DNA of 36,588 bases from Alphaproteobacteria bacterium (lineage in GTDB: Bacteria; Pseudomonadota; Alphaproteobacteria; Micavibrionales; UBA2020): the NCBI GenBank assembly GCA_029266795.1, contig JAQSWE010000015.1, positions 1 through 36,588 on the forward strand, read 5' to 3'. Both the position numbers and the translations under genes were made by a program. The notes under the pieces were generated by a model. That model was not told the origin of the DNA and made no database searches. It saw nothing but the letters and a program-made list of their open reading frames with translations. Below, piece by piece: positions 1 through 6,862 of the stretch; position 1 is the stretch's first letter; every line of letters starts with the position of its first letter.

Positions 1-239
1 ACGCAGATAAGCCCGGGGCACATCTTGCGCGCCTCGTGCACGGGGGTGCCTGTTTTGACCCCATAGGCCTTTGCCTCGTAACTGGCGGCAATCGCGCTCG
101 TGTATTCGGTTTCGACGGGAATGACAGCGACCGGCTTACCGCGCAAGGCAGGGTTCAGCTGCTGCTCCACGCTGGCGAAGTAGCTGTTAAAATCGACATA
201 GAGCCAGCGGAGCTGTGTGGGCGGTGCAAATTCGGCCAT
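1..239 (-). CDS. Y-family DNA polymerase (DinB/ImpB-like), 5' part only; the gene runs off the left window edge
   Basis: Not in the ORF track because it is open at the edge. Reverse-strand ATG at 239-237 translates to MAEFAPPTQLRWLYVDFNSYFASVEQQLNPALRGKPVAVIPVETEYTSAIAASYEAKAYGVKTGTPVHEARKMCPGLICV. The block VDFNSYFASVEQ...LRGKPVAV matches the conserved N-terminal catalytic-Asp motif of Y-family polymerases. Confidence 0.75.
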   Translation of the reverse strand, partial: MAEFAPPTQLRWLYVDFNSYFASVEQQLNPALRGKPVAVIPVETEYTSAIAASYEAKAYGVKTGTPVHEARKMCPGLIC

Positions 240-282
240 GTTCCTATTTTGTTCCGAATCTGGCACAGGAGTCAAGAAAAGC

Positions 283-319
283 AAAACCGCCGCCCGCAAA
301 TCTGCAGGGCGGCGGTTTT
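283..319 (-). terminator. Rho-independent terminator after the 335-595 gene
   Basis: Perfect inverted repeat aaaaccgccgccc (283-295) / gggcggcggtttt (307-319) with an 11-nt loop. A/T runs lie on both sides, and it sits 16 nt downstream of the minus-strand stop at 335. Confidence 0.7.
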
Positions 320-334
320 GTTAACGCGGAAAGC

Positions 335-595
335 TTACTCGACGCCGGGAGCGGGAGTCGGCTGCGGGGGCATGTTTTCGTCGAAAACAGGCGCGTCCGT
401 CGTGGTGGTCACAGTCGCTTCACCGGCAGCGGGCGAAATATCGTTCAGCGTGCTGTCATTGGTGCGGTTGATGTAACCAACTCCAAGGATGAGTGCGATG
501 GCGACAACGCCGGCGATCGCCCAGTTGCGGCCGGAATTACGTTCGACCGGGGTTGTGTAACGCGGGGTCGTGTTGAGATCGTTTCTGTCTTCCAT
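335..595 (-). CDS. Small single-pass membrane protein, no family recognised
   Basis: 86-aa ORF with one hydrophobic span (NWAIAGVVAIALILGVGYI) and a Thr/Pro-rich tail. An AGGTGA Shine-Dalgarno lies a few nt upstream of the ATG, and a terminator lies downstream. Confidence 0.6.
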   Translation of the reverse strand: MEDRNDLNTTPRYTTPVERNSGRNWAIAGVVAIALILGVGYINRTNDSTLNDISPAAGEATVTTTTDAPVFDENMPPQPTPAPGVE

Positions 596-670
596 GATTT
601 CACCTGTATTTTTTGTTGTTACTCTTCTTGCAGCTTAAGGGCCAACGGCCTTAATCCCAAATAGTTTCTT

Positions 671-708
671 CAAAAAAAGACCCCGGAAGCCGCGAGGCGT
701 TCCGAGGT
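671..708 (-). terminator. Rho-independent terminator after the EF-hand gene
   Basis: On the minus-strand RNA, cctcggaa pairs with ttccgggg (one G-U pair) and is followed by a T run (tcttttttt). It lies about 30 nt downstream of the stop at 736. Confidence 0.55.
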
Positions 709-735
709 TTTTTCGTTGAAAAATCAACGCGAAAA

Positions 736-1005
736 TTACTTCGCGAGTTCTTCTGCGGTCACTTTGCCGTCTTTGTCAGCGTCAGCAGCTTCGAAGGTTT
801 TGCCTTCAAGTTTCGCTGCGTCGAATTCTTCTTTCGACAGGGAGCCGTCGGTGTTTGCATCGAGTTTCGCGAAATCGACAGCTGCGGGGGTGGTTGCAGC
901 TTCGGTCGCAGCTTGGGTTGCGGGAGCAGCTTCTTTGGTAGCGTCAGCAGCGAAAGCGGGAGCTGCGAATGCGAGGACTGCGGCAACGAGGAATGCGTAT
1001 TTCAT
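736..1005 (-). CDS. Secreted EF-hand calcium-binding protein
   Basis: 89 aa with Sec signal peptide MKYAFLVAAVLAFAAPAFA. It has two canonical 12-residue EF-hand loops, DANTDGSLSKEE and DADKDGKVTAEE. Confidence 0.8.
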   Translation of the reverse strand: MKYAFLVAAVLAFAAPAFAADATKEAAPATQAATEAATTPAAVDFAKLDANTDGSLSKEEFDAAKLEGKTFEAADADKDGKVTAEELAK

Positions 1006-1082
1006 GTTTCTATTACTCCGTAAGGGTTTTTTTGGTGATGAACCTAATGGACTTAGGTCTCACTACCATAATATGCTGGCTG

Positions 1083-1130
1083 TGCTAGAATGCAAGGAAT
1101 TTGTAAGGAAACTGTAAGGATTACGTAAGT
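1083..1130 (+). promoter_or_regulatory. Candidate extended -10 promoter (TGcTAGAAT) plus three phased GTAAG repeats upstream of the GNAT-dusB genes
   Basis: tgctagaat at 1083-1091. tgtaagga at 1102-1109 and 1113-1120, and cgtaagt at 1124-1130, give an exact 11-bp period. I found no good -35 element. Confidence 0.3.
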
Positions 1131-1133
1131 CAA

Positions 1134-1391
1134 ATGTCAGAAAACTTTTCAAATAACGAAAAAACGAAGCGTTTTGAATTAGATACCGGAGAGGCCGTTG
1201 CCTTCGCCAATTATCGGCTGGAAGGCTCTACCCTGTTCATTGACTATGTTGAAGCCCCACCTGCCCTGCGTGGAACGGGGGCCGCAGGCCGACTCATGCA
1301 GCACATTGCCGACCTTGCCCAGTCCAAGGGGTACAAGATGGTCCCGATCTGCGGCTATGCCGCCGCCTGGATCAGCCGGAACGTGAAATGA
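1134..1391 (+). CDS. Small GNAT-fold N-acetyltransferase (YjdJ-like, about 85 aa class)
   Basis: The segment STLFIDYVEAPPALRGTGAAGRLMQHIADLAQSKGYKMVPICGYAAAWISRN fits the short GNAT family pattern (acetyl-CoA loop R-G-x-G-x-A, C-terminal P-x-C-x-Y). Its stop overlaps the dusB start in ATGA (1388-1391). Confidence 0.7.
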   Translation: MSENFSNNEKTKRFELDTGEAVAFANYRLEGSTLFIDYVEAPPALRGTGAAGRLMQHIADLAQSKGYKMVPICGYAAAWISRNVK

Positions 1392-2410
1392 GCTTTGATA
1401 TCGGCAGCATACGGATCGACGATCCGGTGTTCCTCGCCCCCATGACGGGGGTGACGGACCTGCCGTTCCGCAGGCTGGTCAAGAAATACGGGGCGGGCCT
1501 CGTCTTCTCCGAAATGATCGCCAGCCGCTGCATGATCGAGGAATATCGCGGATCGTCCAAGGCCTCGCCCGATTACGGCGATGAAAAGCCGATCGCCGTC
1601 CAGCTCGCGGGCTGCGAGCCGGATATCATGGCGGAGGCTGCCCGCATCAATGCGGGCCGCGGCGCAGCCATCATCGATATCAATTTCGGCTGCCCCGTGA
1701 AGAAGGTCGTCAACAAACTCGCAGGTTCGGCGCTGATGCGCGAAGAGCCGCTGGCGGCAGAAATCATGGCGGCGACAGTGAAATCGGTCGATGTGCCGGT
1801 GACCGTCAAAATGCGCCTCGGCTGGGACGAGCACAGCATCAACGCGCCGAAGCTGGCGAAAATCGCCGAAGATGTCGGCATCAAAATGATCACCGTCCAT
1901 GGCCGCACGCGCAACCAGATGTATAAAGGCACGGCGGATTGGGAAGCGATACAGGCCGTGAAGGACGCGGTGAAAATTCCCGTCGTCGTGAATGGCGATA
2001 TCTGTTCGCCGCAGGATGCGGAACGCGCGAAGCGCATGTCGGGCGCGGATGGTGTGATGATCGGTCGCGGTGCCTACGGCAGGCCGTGGGTCGTGCGCGA
2101 CACGATCAGCTTTTTCCGTCATGGCATGATCGCCCCCTCGCCCGCCCCTGCCGAACTCGCGCAGGCGATTGAGGAACATTACGACGCCATGCTGACGCAT
2201 TACGGCAGCTATAACGGCGTGCAGATCGCACGCAAGCACCTGACGTGGTATTGCAAGGACCTGCCGGGTGCGTTCGAGTTGCGCGCCGAAGTCAACCGGA
2301 TGGAGAATCCCGATGATGTCAAAAACAGGCTGGCGATATATTTCCGCGCGCTTGAAGATATGGCTTTTATTCCTGCTACTGCCGGTATCAGCGCAAGCAG
2401 CGCCGTTTGA
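1388..2410 (+). CDS. dusB: tRNA-dihydrouridine synthase B (NifR3 family)
   Basis: 340 aa with LAPMTGVTDLPFRRL, VQLAGCEP, DINFGCPVKKV, VTVKMRLGWD, ITVHGRTR and VVVNGDI. These are the classic Dus TIM-barrel motifs, including the catalytic Cys. Confidence 0.9.
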   Translation: MSFDIGSIRIDDPVFLAPMTGVTDLPFRRLVKKYGAGLVFSEMIASRCMIEEYRGSSKASPDYGDEKPIAVQLAGCEPDIMAEAARINAGRGAAIIDINFGCPVKKVVNKLAGSALMREEPLAAEIMAATVKSVDVPVTVKMRLGWDEHSINAPKLAKIAEDVGIKMITVHGRTRNQMYKGTADWEAIQAVKDAVKIPVVVNGDICSPQDAERAKRMSGADGVMIGRGAYGRPWVVRDTISFFRHGMIAPSPAPAELAQAIEEHYDAMLTHYGSYNGVQIARKHLTWYCKDLPGAFELRAEVNRMENPDDVKNRLAIYFRALEDMAFIPATAGISASSAV

Positions 2411-2948
2411 CGAAAGTGCGCTCATCGCCGCAGGAGTAGCGCAGACGGCCTTCACTAAATCCTATGACGGCGCATATATCAGCATCCCCTACCCTAACGG
2501 CGACGTGCCGAAAGAAACGGGTGTGTGCACCGATGTCGTCATCCGCGCCTATCGCAAGCTTGGCGTTGATTTGCAGAAGCTCGTGCATGAGGACATGAAG
2601 AAAAATTTCAACGTCTATCCGAAACAATGGGGCCTGAAAAAGACCGATACCAATATCGATCATCGACGTGTACCGAATTTGCAGACTTTCTTCACGCGGA
2701 AGGGCAAAAGCCTGCCGGTGACGGAAAACGGCGCGGATTATAAACCGGGAGATATTGTGACTTGGGATCTCAGCTACCCCAAACGCCCCCTGCCCCATAT
2801 CGGCATCGTCACGGACAAAAAATCATCCGACGGAGAACGCTACTTGATCGTCCACAATATCGGACGCGGCGCGCAAGTGGAGGATATGCTGTTCGAATAC
2901 CACATCACCGGCCATTACAGGTATGAACCCGAAATTCAGGTACCGTAA
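2313..2948 (+). CDS. Secreted DUF1287-family protein
   Basis: Start chosen at ATG 2313 (or 2316) because MMSKTGWRYISARLKIWLLFLLLPVSAQA is a signal peptide. The body (GVCTDVVIRAYRKLGVDLQKLVHEDM...NIDHRRVPNLQTFF...YKPGDIVTW...HIGIV) matches my recollection of DUF1287. It overlaps the dusB 3' end by 98 nt. Confidence 0.75.
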   Translation: MMSKTGWRYISARLKIWLLFLLLPVSAQAAPFDESALIAAGVAQTAFTKSYDGAYISIPYPNGDVPKETGVCTDVVIRAYRKLGVDLQKLVHEDMKKNFNVYPKQWGLKKTDTNIDHRRVPNLQTFFTRKGKSLPVTENGADYKPGDIVTWDLSYPKRPLPHIGIVTDKKSSDGERYLIVHNIGRGAQVEDMLFEYHITGHYRYEPEIQVP

Positions 2949-4105
2949 CGGCGCGGCGGCGGACTGAATGCGGCAGGCGTGGGATTGTCCGACAATGTCG
3001 GGCGCGCTTCAAACGGCGGTGCCAGCGGCGGGTTTTTCATCGTCGCGCGGCTGTGATGCAATCCGCGCTCCGCTTCCGATACCGTTTCATCCATCGTCTC
3101 GACAGCCTTCACGGGATATTTGCCGATCGAGGTTTCGCCCGACAGCATCACGCCGGAGGCGCCCTGCAATACAGCGAGGTTAACGTCACTCACTTCCGCA
3201 CGTGTCGGACGCGGGTTTTCGCGCATTGAATCGAACATCTGTGTCGCAACGACAACAGGCTTGCCCTGTTTAATCGCTTCCTCGATCAGCGCGGCCTGCA
3301 CACCCGGCACCTGCACTAGTGGAATTTCAACGCCAAGATCGCCGCGCGCGACCATGATCGCATCGACGGCTGCAATAATTTCTTTCATGTTCGTAACCGC
3401 TGCGGGCTTTTCCATCTTGGCGATCAGCTTTGCGCGGCCGTTGATCAGCGCCTTGGCCTCCTTGATGTCGCTCGCATCCTGCACAAAGCTTTGCGCGATC
3501 CAGTCCACGCCGTGCGAGAGTGCGAATTCAAGGTCAGACTTGTCTTTTGGGGTGAGTGCGTCAACATGGCGTGCGAGATCGGGCACGTTCACGCCCTTCT
3601 TCCCGGAGAGTTCCGCACCATAGACAACCTCGGCAATAACGAAGCCTTCGCCCGCCTCCGCGATCTTCATGGCGACATTGCCGTCATCCATCAGGAATTT
3701 CGCACCCGGCGCCAGCGCGGCCATCACATCCGGATGCGGGAAGGACACACGGGTTTCATCGCCCGGCGTGGGATCGAGATCGAAGCGGATTTTCTGGCCC
3801 GGCACCAACGGCACTTTCATGTTGTCTTTGAAAGAACCGATACGGAGTTTCGGCCCCTGCATATCGGCGAGGATGCCGATGGGCGCGCCGATGTCTTTTT
3901 CCAGCTGGCGGATGAGCGCGATGCTTTTCGCATGTTCTTCCTGCGTGCCATGGCTAAAATTGAGCCGGAACGTATCCGCCCCGGCTTCATATATCGCTTT
4001 CAATGTCTCGTATGTGCTGGTGGCGGGCCCCAAAGTGGCGATGATCTGGGTTGCGTTGTTGCGGGCCTGCACTTTGGATTTTGCCTTCTCGAATTCTGCT
4101 TTCAT
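2936..4105 (-). CDS. pyk: Pyruvate kinase-like protein with A and B domains but no C-terminal domain
   Basis: IIATLGPA, FRLNFSHG, LADMQGPKLRIG, MVARGDLGVEIP, VVVATQMFDSM, PRPTRAEVSDV and MLSGETSIGKYP are present. Start taken at MKAEFEK (ATG at 4105). The ORF ends about 45 aa after the A domain in a Pro-rich tail instead of the ~110-aa C domain. Confidence 0.8.
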   Translation of the reverse strand: MKAEFEKAKSKVQARNNATQIIATLGPATSTYETLKAIYEAGADTFRLNFSHGTQEEHAKSIALIRQLEKDIGAPIGILADMQGPKLRIGSFKDNMKVPLVPGQKIRFDLDPTPGDETRVSFPHPDVMAALAPGAKFLMDDGNVAMKIAEAGEGFVIAEVVYGAELSGKKGVNVPDLARHVDALTPKDKSDLEFALSHGVDWIAQSFVQDASDIKEAKALINGRAKLIAKMEKPAAVTNMKEIIAAVDAIMVARGDLGVEIPLVQVPGVQAALIEEAIKQGKPVVVATQMFDSMRENPRPTRAEVSDVNLAVLQGASGVMLSGETSIGKYPVKAVETMDETVSEAERGLHHSRATMKNPPLAPPFEARPTLSDNPTPAAFSPPPRRYGT

Positions 4106-4193
4106 CGACACCTTGTTGAATGACTTGTGTACCCCAAATCTATCGTGAATCACAGCTTGGGTCAAACGGCGGGGGACAAGAGGATGGATTCAT

Positions 4194-4727
4194 TCAGATA
4201 AAGTCGAGTGCGCAGAGATGCGCATAAAAGGCTTCGCGGATGCGCGCATCTTCATTGGGATACAGCCGCTGCAATTCGGCATAAACCCAGAGCAGCGTAC
4301 GATGCACGGATTGCACGGTTTCCGACTGCGCATCGAACCGCAATCCGCGCCGCAATCCGTCGATATAATCACGCTCCAGCGCGATAGCGTTGCGCAGCTG
4401 CTGGTGAACGGTGCGCAGTTTGTCGGGCGGCGACAGCGCATCGAATTTCGACAGGATGATGCCGTAATTGTCGGGGGCTTTATCGCGCTGGCGCAAGGCT
4501 TCCTGCGTTCCCACACGCTCGATCACTGCAAGGTCGGTGACGGCAAACATATCGGAAAGATAGCGTTTTTCCGCCTCGATCATGTCAGCCGAGGCGATGT
4601 CGAAGGTCCGCTGCTTTACATTGGTCAGCCGATACGCCTCGGCCAGATCCAGCTCCTGCCGCAACTCATCGCCAGCATAGGCGGCGGCGGACAACAGGCA
4701 GAACAGGGCGATCATCAGGGCTTTCAT
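4194..4727 (-). CDS. Secreted alpha-helical protein, no family recognised
   Basis: Start at MKALMIALFCLLSAAAYA (Sec signal peptide). 177 aa with GC3-rich codon usage like its neighbours. Confidence 0.6.
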   Translation of the reverse strand: MKALMIALFCLLSAAAYAGDELRQELDLAEAYRLTNVKQRTFDIASADMIEAEKRYLSDMFAVTDLAVIERVGTQEALRQRDKAPDNYGIILSKFDALSPPDKLRTVHQQLRNAIALERDYIDGLRRGLRFDAQSETVQSVHRTLLWVYAELQRLYPNEDARIREAFYAHLCALDFI

Positions 4728-4820
4728 GAATACCTCTGCCCTTATCCTATCCAAACAATCGGGTTGACGGAAGCGCAGGCACGGCTAGACTGCCGCCATT
4801 CAAGCACAAGGAGATTCCAG

Positions 4821-5045
4821 ATGGCCGACGTCACGATCAACCTGCATAACAAGGATGTGAAAGTCTCCGTGCCCGATGGCGGCGACCTGACAGAGAATTT
4901 CAACGAAGCCTCCGCCTTCGTGCGCAGCCTCGCTATGAACATGAAAATCCGCGACGTTGAAGCCGGCATCACCCCGCCCCGCGCGACCCATGAAGTCGTG
5001 AAGGAAAACGGTGAATGGCGCCTGAAACGCTTCCGCTTTTCCTGA
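4821..5045 (+). CDS. 74-aa hypothetical protein
   Basis: ATG at 4821 is preceded by AAGGAG (4808-4813). The product is MADVTINLHNKDVKVSVPDGGDL...GEWRLKRFRFS. The upstream part of track ORF 4218-5045 is antisense to the 4194-4727 gene. Confidence 0.6.
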   Translation: MADVTINLHNKDVKVSVPDGGDLTENFNEASAFVRSLAMNMKIRDVEAGITPPRATHEVVKENGEWRLKRFRFS

Positions 5046-5098
5046 TTTTTCCAATCTTTACAATGCCTCAACCGTCTGTATTTGAACAGCTGGTCAGT

Positions 5099-5127
5099 TT
5101 GACATATTATTTGGCGCGTGATACAAC
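5099..5127 (+). promoter_or_regulatory. Candidate sigma-70-type promoter of paralog 1
   Basis: TTGACA (5099-5104), 17-nt spacer, TACAAC (5122-5127). The -35 context ttgacatattat resembles the ttgacataattat context upstream of paralog 2. Confidence 0.3.
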
Positions 5128-5181
5128 AACGCCATAATAATAAAAAACGGCCATTCAAACGGATATAGAGGATCAACAAAA

Positions 5182-5985
5182 ATGACGTCACTCCACCCCG
5201 ATACTTTCAACAAGAAAGCCGCCAAGCCCGCACAGCTGGATGCACCCGCCTACCAAGCCATTCTCGAAAAACTGCTCGCCCAAGGCGAAGGCTGGGGCAA
5301 GAACAAACAGGTCGGCGCTTACCTGCTGGAAAAGCTGGAATTCGAAACGATGACCACCTCCGGCAAGGTCGAGACGCGCAACAGCGTCGATTTCGAGAAA
5401 AAAATGTACATCGTGATGGATACCGACCAGTACCCGTCGGAATACTTACGCAACCTCGTCATTCAAGACATCACGAAAAAATGGGGCGGCAAGCTCATCA
5501 AGGAACGCGACCTGAGCCAGCCTGAATTCAGCGGCCCCGGCCTCTGGCTCATCAAAAAAGGCAGCTTCGAAGGCGATTACATGCCCGTTGCCGGCCAGAA
5601 AAACACCTATGATCCGGATCCTGCAGCCTATCGCGTGACGCTCGCTGTAAAAACGCCGGTGAATATTCCGGTCCAATGGACGGGCGGCTTTGTCGTCGAA
5701 ACCGACGGCGATATTGCTATCCGCCAGAAAGACATCCCTGCCCTTGCGGCCGCGCTGCAGTCGATCCGCAAAGGCGAAACCACCGCCGAAGAAGCGCTGT
5801 TCACGACCGATGCAAAATCGGGCGAGAAAGTCGCGAAGTTCGACATCTACGGCATGGAGCCGAAATTCCGCGAAACCAACTACGCCCCCGTGCCGATCTA
5901 TCCGGAAACGGAAGCAGCGATGAATGCTTTCAAGAAAGCCCCTGCTGCCAAGCCCGCCGCCAAATCCGGCCCGGCAAACGCATAA
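5182..5985 (+). CDS. Orphan 267-aa protein, tandem paralog 1
   Basis: GAGGA Shine-Dalgarno about 10 nt upstream. No signal peptide or TM segment. Alignable along its whole length with the next gene (LEKLLAxGxGxGK, YIVMD, GPGLW, KKxSFExDY, EPDPxAF, IPxQW, KDIPALAxAxQS, KFDxYGMxPKF). Confidence 0.75.
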   Translation: MTSLHPDTFNKKAAKPAQLDAPAYQAILEKLLAQGEGWGKNKQVGAYLLEKLEFETMTTSGKVETRNSVDFEKKMYIVMDTDQYPSEYLRNLVIQDITKKWGGKLIKERDLSQPEFSGPGLWLIKKGSFEGDYMPVAGQKNTYDPDPAAYRVTLAVKTPVNIPVQWTGGFVVETDGDIAIRQKDIPALAAALQSIRKGETTAEEALFTTDAKSGEKVAKFDIYGMEPKFRETNYAPVPIYPETEAAMNAFKKAPAAKPAAKSGPANA

Positions 5986-6002
5986 CAGACTAACAAGCCT
6001 TT

Positions 6003-6040
6003 GAAAATGCGGGGGATTATCGTTTCCCGCATTTTCTATT
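6003..6040 (+). terminator. Rho-independent terminator after paralog 1
   Basis: gaaaatgcggg (6003-6013) pairs with cccgcattttc (6026-6036) and is followed by T-rich sequence. Confidence 0.6.
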
Positions 6041-6045
6041 CTTAA

Positions 6046-6074
6046 TTGACATAATTATGTTAATCCGTTAGAAT
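6046..6074 (+). promoter_or_regulatory. Near-consensus sigma-70 promoter of paralog 2
   Basis: TTGACA (6046-6051), exactly 17 nt of spacer, TAGAAT (6069-6074). It lies 27 nt upstream of the ATG at 6101. Confidence 0.55.
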
Positions 6075-6100
6075 GTTTCAATTAATTTTATGTGGGGACA

Positions 6101-6862
6101 ATGGCAGGAAACGCCACAGTAGCATTTCAGGATAAAGCAGCGCCGCCGCCCGTGATGGCAGCGGGCGAATATATGGCTGCGCTTGAAAAACTGCTGGCGG
6201 AGGGGAAAGGCTTTGGCAAGACAGAGCCCGTTGCCGCCTATCTGCTCCGCGACCTGATGCTGCTTGATGAAACCAACAACGCACAGGCCGTGAAAATCCA
6301 GCAGCTCTACATCGTCATGGACATCAAGCAATGGCCGAATGAATACGGGCGTTCACTGGTGATGCAGGACATCGCCGTGCAGTACGCGAAACGTGTGGTC
6401 GGCGAAAACGATATCAACGCCGCCGATTTTAAAGGGCCCGGCTTGTGGACAGTCAAAAAATCCTCTTTCGAGGACGATTATCTCCGAAGCGCCGGCAACA
6501 ATGAATACGGCCGCCCCAGCAATATCTGGGAGCCAGATCCGCAAGCCTTCCGCCTTGCCATTTCCTTCAATAAGGCCGCCACCATCCCAACGCAATGGGG
6601 AACATGGACGATCGAGGCGGGCGGCACGATGGCTGTGCGCGAAAAAGATATCCCCGCCCTTGCCGAAGCCGTGCAATCGGTGCGCGATGGCCGCGCGACC
6701 GCCGAAACCGCGCTATACACGGTGGGCCAAGACGGCAACCCGCTTGCGAAGTTCGACGTCTATGGCATGGCGCCGAAATTTCTTGAAGCGAATTACAAGC
6801 CTGTCAGTTTAAGTGAAGCCACGCACAAAACGACGCGTACTTTCAAATCACCGAAGCGCTGA
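6101..6862 (+). CDS. Orphan 253-aa protein, tandem paralog 2
   Basis: ATG at 6101 is preferred over GTG at 6092 because of the GGGG Shine-Dalgarno at 6094-6097. Roughly 40% identical by eye to the 5182-5985 product. The stop TGA (6860-6862) directly abuts the stop of the convergent M50 gene. Confidence 0.75.
   Translation: MAGNATVAFQDKAAPPPVMAAGEYMAALEKLLAEGKGFGKTEPVAAYLLRDLMLLDETNNAQAVKIQQLYIVMDIKQWPNEYGRSLVMQDIAVQYAKRVVGENDINAADFKGPGLWTVKKSSFEDDYLRSAGNNEYGRPSNIWEPDPQAFRLAISFNKAATIPTQWGTWTIEAGGTMAVREKDIPALAEAVQSVRDGRATAETALYTVGQDGNPLAKFDVYGMAPKFLEANYKPVSLSEATHKTTRTFKSPKR

Noticed and set aside
1355-2455. 366-aa minus-strand ORF
   Set aside because: It is antisense to dusB, whose identity is unambiguous. 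Its composition is typical of reverse-frame translation.
4218-4820. Upstream 200 codons of the 275-aa track ORF 4218-5045
   Set aside because: This part is antisense to the secreted-protein gene 4194-4727. Only the last 74 codons, after AAGGAG and ATG 4821, look like a gene.
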